A stretch of DNA of 64,000 nucleotides from Thermoanaerobaculia bacterium. GTDB lineage: Bacteria; Acidobacteriota; Thermoanaerobaculia; UBA5066. Position 1 is the stretch's first letter, and each line of letters opens with the position of its first letter. Below are positions 19,416-29,164 of this stretch, piece after piece. The DNA is taken from assembly GCA_963816185.1 (NCBI GenBank), contig CAWFJJ010000024.1, positions 640,001 to 704,000 of the forward strand, in the 5' to 3' direction. The notes beneath the pieces are model-generated. The model saw only the letters and a program-made list of their open reading frames with translations. It had not been told where the DNA came from and did not search any database. The position numbers and the translations under genes are program-made.

Positions 19416-22400
19416 CTACGCCGCTCCCGGAGCCGCCAGCCGCCTGTGGTGCGCCTTCACCTGGCCGACGAACGCCTCCAGCACCATCCGTCTCGAAGGG
19501 TCCTCCGCGCCCGAGTAGACCGCGGTGATGATCGGCAGGCCGTCGTAGTCGCGCCGGATCCTCTCGATGATCGCCGCGGAGGCGTTTCCGACCATGCAGC
19601 CGAAGCAGATGGCGTTGACGATCCCGTCGACCCCGCCCTGCGCGAAGTCGACGATCTTCGCGACGTTGAGGTAGAGAAGCTCGTGGGCCTCGTTCGGCAT
19701 GTAGGGAGCCGCGAGCTTCTTGAGCTCGAGGTAGCCGGGCTCGTCACGGTGCGCCATCTGTGACCCGACGACGCGCCGCGTGCGCCACACCTGGAGCTCG
19801 CGCCGGAGCGCGACGGGGCCGTGGACGAGGAGCCGGGAGAGATCATGCGACGCGAGGCTCTGGTGGACCCGGCGGGAGATGTCGAAATCGATGAGGTCGA
19901 TCTGGAACGGCGAGGGCCACACCTCCAGCCCTTGCCCTTCGAGCCAGCGGACGACGTCGTGGTTGCCCGCGGGGTTCACCCTCGTGTAGATGTCGCCCGC
20001 GAGGCCGACGATCGGCCGCGTACGGCGCCCCTTCACCGGGACCGCCGCGAGAGAGCGGAGAGAATCGTCGAGGGCACCCAGCACGTCGCCTCCCGCGATC
20101 GCGGTCTCGATGCGCTCGAGGTTCCGCCGGTGGACCGCGTCCGTCGAGCCCGCCGCGAGCTCGTACGGGCGGACCTGGCAAACGGCCTTCGCGAGGAGCT
20201 CGATGGCGAGAAGTCCGACGTAAAGGCGTTCGATCGCGTCGATCCCGAAGGCCGTCAGGAGCTCCGCTGCGTTCGGTGAGCTCACGCGGATGCCTTCGGT
20301 GCCGAGCCGCGAGAGGAGCGACTCCATGCTCTGCCCGTATTCGTGTAACAGGCACGGGATCGACGTGCCGGGAAAGAAGAAGACCGTCCCGCCGGCGCGC
20401 TGATGCTGCAGGTTGACGAGATCCCCCGCGATCGCCGAGTAGGCGTGACACTCCTTGCCGAGGGAGTACCTCTCTCCGAGTGCCCGGATCTCCGGTCCCG
20501 GAAGCGGCAGCACGCGCGCGTCATGTCCCTTCAGCCTGAAGAGGCCGCTGAAGGCGTACGCGTGATCGGCGAAGTAGGGAATCCGGACCGATGTGGGAAC
20601 CTTCGGGATGAACGCCGCCGCGCGCCGCGGGACTCCCGACCCTGCCTTGGCCCGGCGGGGTCCGCCGCCGAGCTGATCGAGGAACGCCTCGATGCGGGTC
20701 ACGAGGCCCGCCTCGCCTCGGTGTTCGTCGATCTCGAGGGTGAGGTGGGGCTTCCGGCCGAGCGCCTCCTCGATCCGCGGCACGGCGAAGCCGTCGGGTC
20801 CGCAGCCGAAGCAGGAGACGAGGGCCGGGTGGACGTCGTCGACTCCCGCAAGGGCGATCGCCGCCTCGTGGGTGTCCGCCGGGAAGCGCCAGGGAAGCTC
20901 CGAACGCCCGTCGCCGTCCGAAGGAAGCGGGAGCATGCCGACAGGGATACCGAGCACGCCGAGTCTCCTCAGCCGCTCGAAGAGCGCGAGGTTCGCATAG
21001 GCGTCGAGCGTGACGTAGGGTCGCCCGAGGATCGCGAAGACGTGACGCGTTGTGCCCGACGCAATGAGATCTTTCGCCCGCTCGCGGAAGACCTCGTCGA
21101 GCTCGCGCTGGGCGAACCGCGCGGCGCGGAACGCGTCGCACACGCTGCTCGTCGAGACGCCGAGGATCTCCCGGTAAGGGTCGAAGCCCGCGGCGAAAGC
21201 CTGCTCGCTCTCGAACGTCACGACCGGCGAGAGAAGGCGTGACCTCTCGGGAGCGCCGACGAGGAACGGCTCCGCCATCGTGTAGGGGCAGGAGAACGAG
21301 CGCGCCGGGTCGTCGCCGGGCAGAACCGTGATTGCGGGAACGAAGACGAGATCGACCCCGCGCGCGAGGAGGCCGTGGACGTGGCCCGTGACGAGCTTCA
21401 TCGGGAGGCACATGCCGACGGAGAGATGCTCGAGCCCGAGCGCGAGCGTCTCCGGGGACGATGGATCCGAGAGGACGGGCCGATGGCCCAGCTCCTGGAA
21501 AAAAGTCGCCCAGAACGGGAGGGCGCCGAGCAGGCTCGAGGCGCGAGGGACGCCGATGCTCAGGCCGGAGCCGCCGCCCCGTGAGAACAGCGCCTCGCAC
21601 CGCTCCAGGTACTCGGCGGCGAGGTTCGGGACGGGGCACGCGAGCGAAGACTCCCTGCTCGTGTATCGCTCACAGGTGTCGCCGAAGAACGCCCTCCCCG
21701 CAGTTCCTGCGGCGATGACGTTCACCTCGCACCGGTTCGAGCAGTGGCGGCACTCGAACGACTTCAGCTTCAGCCCCTGCCGGGGGGCGAAACCGGTGAA
21801 ACGGGACGCCGCGGGCTTCGCCGCCGCGGCTCGTGCGGAGCGCGCAGCCAGCGCTGCGCCAATCGCGCCCGAGACCCGGTTGAAGGGGTGAACTTCGATC
21901 TCTCTCCCGAGCGCCCTCTCGAATGCCGCGACCACCGCGTCGTTCGAGGCGACGCCTCCCTGGAAGACGACTCGTCGCCCGACGGGCCGCGGTCCGACGA
22001 CTTTGTCGAGGTAGTTCCTCACGATCGAGTACGCGAGGCCCGCGCAGACGTCCTCGACGGCCGCGCCGGCACCGAGAGCGCCGACGACCTCGGTCCCCAT
22101 GAAGACCGTGCAGCGCGAGCCGAGGTCGAGAGGAGCGCCCGCGAAAGCGCGTGGGGCGAAGTCGCGGCAGACGTCGATTCCGAGGTCACGCGATTGCTCT
22201 TCGAGGAACGAGCCGGTCCCGGCCGCGCAGACCTTGTTCATGGCGAAGTCCGACATCGCGCCGTCTCGTACCGCGATGAACTTCGAATCCTGGCCGCCGA
22301 TCTCGAAGACGGTGTCGACGTCCGGGAAGTAGCGCTGTGCCGCGAGGAGCTGGCAGGTGATCTCGTTCTTGACGACGTCGGCGCCGACGAGCCTGCCGGC

Positions 22401-23537
22401 CAGGTGCCGTCCGCTCCCCGTCGCCCCGCAGCCGAGCACGCTCAGATGAGGTCCGAAACGGCGCTCCAGCACGGAGAGCGCCTCGTAGAGAACCTCGGCC
22501 GGACGGCCGCGCGTCGGCAGGTAGACGGACGAGATCGGCTCGCCGCCCTCGTCGAGAACCACGACGTCCGTGCTCACGGAGCCGACGTCGACGCCGAGGA
22601 AACCCTCCACGTCGGTGGCGGCCTCGCACGCGGGTTCTGCGGGCGCCGCACGCCGGATCCGCCTCCGGAGCGGCGCGAGCGTCGTCGCGCTCCGCAGATC
22701 CCGCGAGAGGAGCGCGGAGAGAAGACGCCTCACCTCGGCGATCGGCAGCTCGGGCATCTCCGAGTCGCGCGCCGCGAGGGCGGCCCCGATCGCTCCCTCG
22801 AGGCCGGGTTGCGACGAGACCAGGAAGAGCGCCGGGTCGGCGAAGTCCAGAGCCTCGCGGAACGCCCGCAGGATGCCTTCGTTCCGCGCGCACCCGCCGG
22901 CGATGACGACGGGGGCCGCGATGCGCTTGCCTTTCACGAGCGTCGCGAGGTCGTTCCGGACGATCGCCATGCAGAGCCCGTAGGCGATCTCCGGCAGGGG
23001 AGTCCCCTTCTGCTGGAGATGGATCATGTCGGAGGCCGCGAAGACCGAGCAGCGCCCCGCGATCGTGGCCGCGCGTCGCGCGCCTGCCGCGAGCTCGGAG
23101 AGCTCGCGAATCGAGAGGCCGAGCCGCCTCGCCTGCTGCTCCAGGAAGGAGCCAGTGCCCGCCGCGCACGCTTCGTTCGTCGCGAAGTCGCGGACCTCTC
23201 CCCGATCGCCGAAGGCGATGAGCTTCGACGTGTGTCCGCCGACTTCGAGGACGGCGCGAGCCTCGGGGTGCAGCGTTCTCACTCCCGCGGCTGTGGCGAG
23301 GATGCCGTTCACCGCGGAGGCGCCGCGGAAGAGAGATCCGGCCTCGCTCCCGACGGATCCGAGCTTCAGCCCTTTCGTGGGTTGCCGCGCCTCGATGTCC
23401 TCGAGGAACGCGTCGAGGGCCGCCGCGTCGTCCTGGTCTCTTCTCCGGTAAAGCACGGGCCCCAGAAGGCCGCCTTCACCGAGAACGACTGCCTTCGTGG
23501 TTGCGGAGCCGATGTCGATTCCGAGGCACGGAATCAT
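19416..23537 (-). CDS. CoA-substrate-specific enzyme activase (two BadF/BadG-type ATPase domains plus DUF2229-like domains)
   Basis: GIDIGSATTK and GVDVGSVST, two CAAGTGSFLE motifs, GRCSVF and SRCTVF, EIGGQDSK, CFGCGPD, IDEH. Confidence 0.9.
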   Translation of the reverse strand: MIPCLGIDIGSATTKAVVLGEGGLLGPVLYRRRDQDDAAALDAFLEDIEARQPTKGLKLGSVGSEAGSLFRGASAVNGILATAAGVRTLHPEARAVLEVGGHTSKLIAFGDRGEVRDFATNEACAAGTGSFLEQQARRLGLSIRELSELAAGARRAATIAGRCSVFAASDMIHLQQKGTPLPEIAYGLCMAIVRNDLATLVKGKRIAAPVVIAGGCARNEGILRAFREALDFADPALFLVSSQPGLEGAIGAALAARDSEMPELPIAEVRRLLSALLSRDLRSATTLAPLRRRIRRAAPAEPACEAATDVEGFLGVDVGSVSTDVVVLDEGGEPISSVYLPTRGRPAEVLYEALSVLERRFGPHLSVLGCGATGSGRHLAGRLVGADVVKNEITCQLLAAQRYFPDVDTVFEIGGQDSKFIAVRDGAMSDFAMNKVCAAGTGSFLEEQSRDLGIDVCRDFAPRAFAGAPLDLGSRCTVFMGTEVVGALGAGAAVEDVCAGLAYSIVRNYLDKVVGPRPVGRRVVFQGGVASNDAVVAAFERALGREIEVHPFNRVSGAIGAALAARSARAAAAKPAASRFTGFAPRQGLKLKSFECRHCSNRCEVNVIAAGTAGRAFFGDTCERYTSRESSLACPVPNLAAEYLERCEALFSRGGGSGLSIGVPRASSLLGALPFWATFFQELGHRPVLSDPSSPETLALGLEHLSVGMCLPMKLVTGHVHGLLARGVDLVFVPAITVLPGDDPARSFSCPYTMAEPFLVGAPERSRLLSPVVTFESEQAFAAGFDPYREILGVSTSSVCDAFRAARFAQRELDEVFRERAKDLIASGTTRHVFAILGRPYVTLDAYANLALFERLRRLGVLGIPVGMLPLPSDGDGRSELPWRFPADTHEAAIALAGVDDVHPALVSCFGCGPDGFAVPRIEEALGRKPHLTLEIDEHRGEAGLVTRIEAFLDQLGGGPRRAKAGSGVPRRAAAFIPKVPTSVRIPYFADHAYAFSGLFRLKGHDARVLPLPGPEIRALGERYSLGKECHAYSAIAGDLVNLQHQRAGGTVFFFPGTSIPCLLHEYGQSMESLLSRLGTEGIRVSSPNAAELLTAFGIDAIERLYVGLLAIELLAKAVCQVRPYELAAGSTDAVHRRNLERIETAIAGGDVLGALDDSLRSLAAVPVKGRRTRPIVGLAGDIYTRVNPAGNHDVVRWLEGQGLEVWPSPFQIDLIDFDISRRVHQSLASHDLSRLLVHGPVALRRELQVWRTRRVVGSQMAHRDEPGYLELKKLAAPYMPNEAHELLYLNVAKIVDFAQGGVDGIVNAICFGCMVGNASAAIIERIRRDYDGLPIITAVYSGAEDPSRRMVLEAFVGQVKAHHRRLAAPGAA

Positions 23538-23573
23538 GTAAGGTTCATATAGAGCCTCGGAGGAGACGATTCA

Positions 23574-24457
23574 ATGGCTCAGGTGTGTCAGCGCTGCCTC
23601 GCCGAGCGTGAAGAAGGCGTTCGCCGCGAACGCCTGGGTGATGGTCAGTTGCTCTTCGAGGTGCCGACCGGAGTCGTGGCGGATACGTTCGGGAGGAGGA
23701 CCTCCTACTTGCTCGGCTCTGCGACGCTCTTCGTCTCGACTCTGCTGTACCTGCTGATGTGGCGCGTCCATGGTCCGTTCTGGACGTGGGCCGCGTCCTC
23801 CATGCTGCTCGGGCTCGGCTTTACGTTCTTCTCCGGCGCGACCGAAGCTTGGCTGGTCGACGGTCTGCGGTTCGCCGGGTACTCGGGCACCCTGGAGTCC
23901 GCGTTTGCCAAAGGCCAGATCGCGGGCGGTGTCGCGATGCTGACCGGCACTCTGGCCGGCGGCGCGATCGCCCAGGTCACGAATCTGGGCGTGCCCTACA
24001 TTCTGCGAGCCGTGATGCTCGCACCGACGTTCCTCGTCGCGCTCCTCTCGATGCATGACGTCGGGGCCCGGATCTTCCGGCGGAGGACCTCGCTCTTCCT
24101 CGTCGGTTCGATCGTGAGCACGCCGCCTTGGCCCTCATCGGCCTGGCGCCGAGCTTCTGGGTCGCGTTGACCCTGTTGTCCGTCTGGGCGCTCGTCTTCG
24201 CCGCCACGGGGCCCGTGCGCGAAGCCTTCATCAACGACCTGATCCCGTCGGACGAACGAGCCACCATCCTGTCGACCGACAACCTCCTCGGCTCGTCGGG
24301 AGGCGTCGTCTTTCAGCCGGTGCTGGGGAAAGTGGCCGACGCCTGGAGCTACTCGACCTCGTACATCGCCGGCGCCTGCGTCGAGCTGCTCTCCGTGCCG
24401 TTCATCCTCCTCGCCCGCCGCGAGAACGCGCCTTCCGACCCGCTCCGGAAATCATGA
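23574..24457 (+). pseudogene. Degraded MFS transporter (deletions, frameshift, micro-inversion)
   Basis: FEVPTGVVADTFGRR, GLGFTFFSGATEAW, then C-terminal INDLIPSDERATILS in another frame; total length far below a 12-TM MFS. Confidence 0.8.
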
Positions 24458-25284
24458 TCGTTCATCTCGTCGACGGCACGTACGAGCTCTTCCGCCACTT
24501 CTACGGCCTCCGCCGCTTCACGAAAGGCGAGGATCCGCCGCACGGCGCGGTGATCGGCGTGCTCAATACGGTCCTGCAGATGATCGAGACGGGAGCGACG
24601 CACGTCGGCGTGGCGACCGATCACGTCATCGAGTCCTTCCGGAACGGACTCTGGCCCGGCTACAAGACGGGGGAGGGCGTGGAGCGCGGGCTCCTCGCGC
24701 AATTCCATCCGCTCGAAGAGGCCCTCACCGCCATGGGGATCGCCGTCTGGCCCATGAGCGAGCTGGAGGCCGACGACGCGCTCGCTTCGGCTGCGCGGAT
24801 CGCATTTGAAATCGACGACGTCGAGAAAGTCTGCATCTGGACTCCCGACAAGGACCTGGCCCAGTGCGTCCGCGGCACGCGAGTCGTGCAAGTCGACCGC
24901 CGCGGCCAGAAGATCCGCGACGCGGAAGGGGTGCGCGAGAAGTTCGGCGTCGAGCCCGCCCTCATTCCCGATTTCCTCGCCCTCGTCGGCGACGCGGCCG
25001 ACGGCTATCCGGGCATTCGAGGAATCGGCCGGGTCGGGGCTGCGCGGCTCCTGAACCGACACGGCACGATCGAGAGCTTCCCGCCTGCCGTCCTCGGGGA
25101 CAACCGCGACCTGGCTCTCCTCTTCAAGGATCTCGCGACGCTCCGGACGGACGCGCCCCTCTTCCGCGACGTTGACGAACTCAGATGGCGTGGACCGACG
25201 AAGGCGTTTGCGGCATGGGCGGATCGTCTGGGAGACGCGCAACTGCTGGAGAGGTGCCTCGCGGCGGGCCGTCGCGTGGCGTAA
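24454..25284 (+). CDS. 5'-3' exonuclease / flap endonuclease (H3TH)
   Basis: HLVDGT, EADD, TPDKDLAQ, LALVGDAADGYPGIRGIG. Confidence 0.9.
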   Translation: MIVHLVDGTYELFRHFYGLRRFTKGEDPPHGAVIGVLNTVLQMIETGATHVGVATDHVIESFRNGLWPGYKTGEGVERGLLAQFHPLEEALTAMGIAVWPMSELEADDALASAARIAFEIDDVEKVCIWTPDKDLAQCVRGTRVVQVDRRGQKIRDAEGVREKFGVEPALIPDFLALVGDAADGYPGIRGIGRVGAARLLNRHGTIESFPPAVLGDNRDLALLFKDLATLRTDAPLFRDVDELRWRGPTKAFAAWADRLGDAQLLERCLAAGRRVA

Positions 25285-25308
25285 GCTGAACCCGGTGTCA
25301 AAACGCGA

Positions 25309-26337
25309 ATGACGTCCAGGCTGATCCGTTCCGCGGCGCTCGTCGTGGCGATTGGCGTCGGCCTGAGCGTGCGCGCCGCGGGCCCCGCCTCCTTCGCGGA
25401 CGTCGTCCGGAAAAAACCCGATGTGACGATCGTCGTCACGGACTCGGGCCTCGGCGGGCTCTCGGTTGCGGCCGACCTCGCGGCGCGACTGCCCGCGAGC
25501 GGCATCGTTCGCTCGGCGCGCATCGTGTTCGTGAACGCGGAGCCCGACGCCGCCTTCGGCTATAACGACATGAAGCGCGAGGCCGACAAGGTCCGCGTCT
25601 TCGACGGCGCTCTGGCGGCGATGGAAGAGCGCTATCGGCCCGACCTGATCCTGATCGCCTGCAACACGCTGTCGGTCGTCTACCCAGGCACCGCGCACGC
25701 GAAGATGGGCGGCACCGAGACGGTCGAGATCGTCGGCCTCGGCGCCGACTTGATTCGCCGGGAGCTCGCGACGAAGCCGGGCGCGACGGCCGTCGTGTTC
25801 GCGACGAAGACGACGATCGAATCCGGGGCCCACAAGAAGCTCCTCGTCGAGGCAGGCGTCCCGGCCGAAAAGGTCGTCGGTGAAGCCTGCCCCCGCCTCG
25901 CGGGCGCGATCGAACGCGGCTCCGCGAGCGAGGAGACCGTGGCCTACGTGAAGAAGTTCGTCGCCGAGGCGCTGGAGAAGAAGCCGGCGAAAGGCGGCCC
26001 TCTCGTCGTGAGCCTCAACTGCACGCACTTCGGCTATGTGAAGCGGCTCTGGGAGCAGGCGTTCGAGGCGGCGGGGTACCCGGGCGTGAGGGTTCTCGAC
26101 CCGAATTCGCTCATGACGGACCTGGTCCTCCGGGAGGGGAGCGAGAAGCGCTTCCCGAAGACCTCCGTCACGGTCGAGGCGATCTCGAAGGTGCCGATCG
26201 ACGAGGCCACGCGCGCGAACCTCGGCGCGCTTCTGAGGGCCGTCTCGCCGCAGACGGCGGACGCTCTCGCACACGTCCGGCACGATCCCGCCCTCTTTCC
26301 GGCCGTCGTGGATCCCGCGGCGATCATCGCGCGCTGA
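25309..26337 (+). CDS. Asp/Glu racemase family protein with N-terminal signal peptide
   Basis: TDSGLGGLSV, IACNT, LNCTHF (both catalytic Cys); hydrophobic N-terminus ending VRA. Confidence 0.8.
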   Translation: MTSRLIRSAALVVAIGVGLSVRAAGPASFADVVRKKPDVTIVVTDSGLGGLSVAADLAARLPASGIVRSARIVFVNAEPDAAFGYNDMKREADKVRVFDGALAAMEERYRPDLILIACNTLSVVYPGTAHAKMGGTETVEIVGLGADLIRRELATKPGATAVVFATKTTIESGAHKKLLVEAGVPAEKVVGEACPRLAGAIERGSASEETVAYVKKFVAEALEKKPAKGGPLVVSLNCTHFGYVKRLWEQAFEAAGYPGVRVLDPNSLMTDLVLREGSEKRFPKTSVTVEAISKVPIDEATRANLGALLRAVSPQTADALAHVRHDPALFPAVVDPAAIIAR

Positions 26338-26375
26338 GAGCGCCGGCGAGGGGCTGGCGCCACGACCGTGAACCC

Positions 26376-27770
26376 TCAGGCCGAATCGACGGCCAGCGAA
26401 CCGGCAGCGCGGCGTTTTCTCAGGCGGTCGGCGAGCGCCAGGAGCGGGGCCGTCGAGAACGTCGTGACGAGCGCCATGAGGATCATCATCGCGAAGATCC
26501 GCGGCGGGAGGATCCCGAGCTCGTAGCCGACGTTCAGGACGATCAGCTCCATCAACCCGCGTGTGTTCATGAGGGCGCCGAGGGAGAAGGCGTCGAGGGC
26601 CCCCATGCCCGAGAGGCGCGCGGCGGCCATCGACCCGCCGAGCTTCCCGATCGTCGCCGCCGCGATCACGGCGAAGCACATCAGCCACGTCGCGGTGCTG
26701 TCGAGAAGGCCGACCTGGGTCCTGAGGCCCGTGAACGCGAAGAAAAGAGGCAGGAAGAGGATCGCGCTTACCTCCTCGAGCCGTTGGACGAGCGCGGCCC
26801 GGAAGGCACTCTCGCGCGGCATGACGACGCCGATGAGGAAGGCGCCGAAAAGCGCGTGGATTCCGATCCGCTCGGTCGTGAGCGCCGAGCCGATCAACAA
26901 GAGGAGGACGAATGCGAGGACGTTCTTGGACGGCGTCCCCGTGGCACCCCGTCCGATGATCCAGCGGACGGCGGGCCCGACGACGTACCACATGAAGCCG
27001 ATGAAGCCGGCGGCCATCAGGACGGTGAGCCCCGAGGACGCGATGCCCTGCGCCTTCCCGATGGCGACGACGATCGCGAGAATGGTCCAGGCGGTCACGT
27101 CGTCGACCGCGGCGCACGTGATCGCCATGCTCCCGAGCGGCGTTCGCGTGAGGCCCCGCTCCTCGAGGATCCGCGCGAGGACGGGAAAGGCCGTGATGCT
27201 CATCGCGATCCCGAGGAAGAGCGCGAACGGCAGGAACGGGACGCTCGTCGACGCGAGGGTCGGGTAGAGGGCGAGCGAGAGCGCGACGCCGAGGAAGTAG
27301 GGCAGGAGGATGCTGGCGTGGCTCACGAGGAGCGCGGTGTGAGCGACGGCGCGCAGGCGCTCGAGGTCCAGCTCGAGCCCCACGACGAACATGAACAGGA
27401 GGACGCCGACCTCCGCGAGCAGCTTCAGGGTCCCGAGCGATCCGGGAGGGAAGAGGGATGACGAGACGGCCGGGGCGACTGAACCCAGAAGCGACGGGCC
27501 GAGGAGGATGCCCGCGACGATCTCGCCGATGACTTTCGGCTGCCCGATGCGGGCCGAGAGGCGGCCGCACAGGCGGGCGGCCGTGACCACGACGACGATT
27601 TGCGTGAGGAGAGTCGCGAGGGGAGTTGCGGCGCCTGTGTCGGGCGCCGCGGCGGCGCGCGGGCCGGCTGTGCGTCCGCGCTCCAGGCGCTTGCCGTAGC
27701 CGAGGACGGCGACGATCGCGCCCACGAAGACCAGGACCAGCGCCGCATAGGGCAGGAGAGTCCGCCGCAC
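26376..27770 (-). CDS. Cation:proton antiporter (CPA2/Kef-type)
   Basis: QPKVIGEIVAGILLGPS, SITAFPVLARIL, GALMNTRGLMELIVLNVG. Confidence 0.92.
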   Translation of the reverse strand: MRRTLLPYAALVLVFVGAIVAVLGYGKRLERGRTAGPRAAAAPDTGAATPLATLLTQIVVVVTAARLCGRLSARIGQPKVIGEIVAGILLGPSLLGSVAPAVSSSLFPPGSLGTLKLLAEVGVLLFMFVVGLELDLERLRAVAHTALLVSHASILLPYFLGVALSLALYPTLASTSVPFLPFALFLGIAMSITAFPVLARILEERGLTRTPLGSMAITCAAVDDVTAWTILAIVVAIGKAQGIASSGLTVLMAAGFIGFMWYVVGPAVRWIIGRGATGTPSKNVLAFVLLLLIGSALTTERIGIHALFGAFLIGVVMPRESAFRAALVQRLEEVSAILFLPLFFAFTGLRTQVGLLDSTATWLMCFAVIAAATIGKLGGSMAAARLSGMGALDAFSLGALMNTRGLMELIVLNVGYELGILPPRIFAMMILMALVTTFSTAPLLALADRLRKRRAAGSLAVDSA

Positions 27771-27828
27771 GATCGGCCAATCGTAACCGAGGCTCGCGCG
27801 GGATGAGCGATACGAGGGCTCGGTGCCG

Positions 27829-28857
27829 TCACGGACGGGCGACCCGATTGCGGCCTGATTCTTTCGCGCGGTAGAGAGCGGCGTCGGCGGCGGCGATCCA
27901 TTCCCGCACGTCGCGGAGCTTGCCGTTCGCTTCCGCCGCGCCGATGCTGAGCGTGCACCGCAGGTCTCCGCCGGCGTCGAACTTCGCGGCCTCGGCGCGC
28001 TGGCACAGGCGCTCCGCCGTCCTCACGGCCGCGTCGATTCCGGATTCGGGCAGCACGATGGCGAACTCGTCGCCGCCGTAACGGCCCGGCGTGTCGATGT
28101 CGCGGATGCCGTCCTTGAAGATCGCCGACAGCCCGCGCAGGAGCTCGTCCCCGGCGGCGTGCCCGTACCGGTCGTTGACCTGCTTGAAGCGATCGATGTC
28201 GATCATCAAGAGCGAGGCGGGCCGGCCGCTGCGATGGCTGCGCCTGAGCTCGCCGACCGCGACCTCTTCCCAGTACGTGCGGTTGGGCAGGCCCGTCAGA
28301 GCGTCCGTGCGGTTGAGCTGCGCGAGAGTCCTGTTCTGGCGTACGACCTTGCTCGAGAGCGCACGCGTGACGGTGCTGATCGCCAGCGGATAGACGACGA
28401 GGATCGGCATGCATGCGATCACGACCGGCATCGAGGTCGCCGGCGCGAACGCGAATCCGACGGCCGCCGAGGCGAGGGCGCAGGCGACGATCTGCGCGGC
28501 CGACGTGCGCAGCAGGAAGGGCCAGCCGCCGAAGCTGATCTTGTCGATCGTGAGCATCGTGACGAGGATGACGCTGGGGAGGAGATTGAACGCCATGAGC
28601 GCCACCCAGACCCCGCCCATCGCGGAATCCGTCAGCAGGTTCCGGTATTCGGCCCTCTCGGGATTCGCGCTGCGCCGCGCGAGCAAATAGGCGGCGTGCG
28701 GCCAGACGAACGCGTCGAGGACGAGCAGGGTCCATTTCACGGGATGCGCGCCGTTCTCGCGGAACACCGACGCGACGCACAGGAACCCGAGCGCCATCCC
28801 CAGCGTGCGGAGGTGATAGATGCGGCGGACGAGCCGCAGATCCTCGGTCGGGGGCAT
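27829..28857 (-). CDS. Diguanylate cyclase with MASE2 domain (AdrA-like)
   Basis: Membrane N-terminus WPHAAY...MAFNLLPS; DALTGLPNR, DIDRFKQVND, RDID I-site, GRYGGDEF. Confidence 0.92.
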   Translation of the reverse strand: MPPTEDLRLVRRIYHLRTLGMALGFLCVASVFRENGAHPVKWTLLVLDAFVWPHAAYLLARRSANPERAEYRNLLTDSAMGGVWVALMAFNLLPSVILVTMLTIDKISFGGWPFLLRTSAAQIVACALASAAVGFAFAPATSMPVVIACMPILVVYPLAISTVTRALSSKVVRQNRTLAQLNRTDALTGLPNRTYWEEVAVGELRRSHRSGRPASLLMIDIDRFKQVNDRYGHAAGDELLRGLSAIFKDGIRDIDTPGRYGGDEFAIVLPESGIDAAVRTAERLCQRAEAAKFDAGGDLRCTLSIGAAEANGKLRDVREWIAAADAALYRAKESGRNRVARP

Positions 28858-28930
28858 GGCGCCTAGTGTATGAAAAGTTGATTCATCTGCCTCATCGCCC
28901 AGGTCATGCCGTCTTCCTTACCGTCATGTC

Positions 28931-29164
28931 ATGCCGGCTCAAGTGCTCACGTTGCTGTGCTCGAGGTGTGAAGACGTCCGGAAGATCGACCTCACGCTTC
29001 TCCGAAACGTGCCGTTCTGGGTCCGTATGATCGAGGAGGCCTGTCGGATCTCGGGCGCTTCGGCGATCCGTGTCGAGAGCTGCGACAGCTGCCGCGATAC
29101 GTGGGCGATGCGGGATTCGACAGCCGTTCTCGCGGAGCTCAAGCGCTCCGTCGAAGGCCGCTGA
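28931..29164 (+). CDS. Small hypothetical protein with two CxxC motifs
   Basis: 77 aa, CSRC and CDSC, fills an intergenic gap; no clear RBS. Confidence 0.4.
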   Translation: MPAQVLTLLCSRCEDVRKIDLTLLRNVPFWVRMIEEACRISGASAIRVESCDSCRDTWAMRDSTAVLAELKRSVEGR

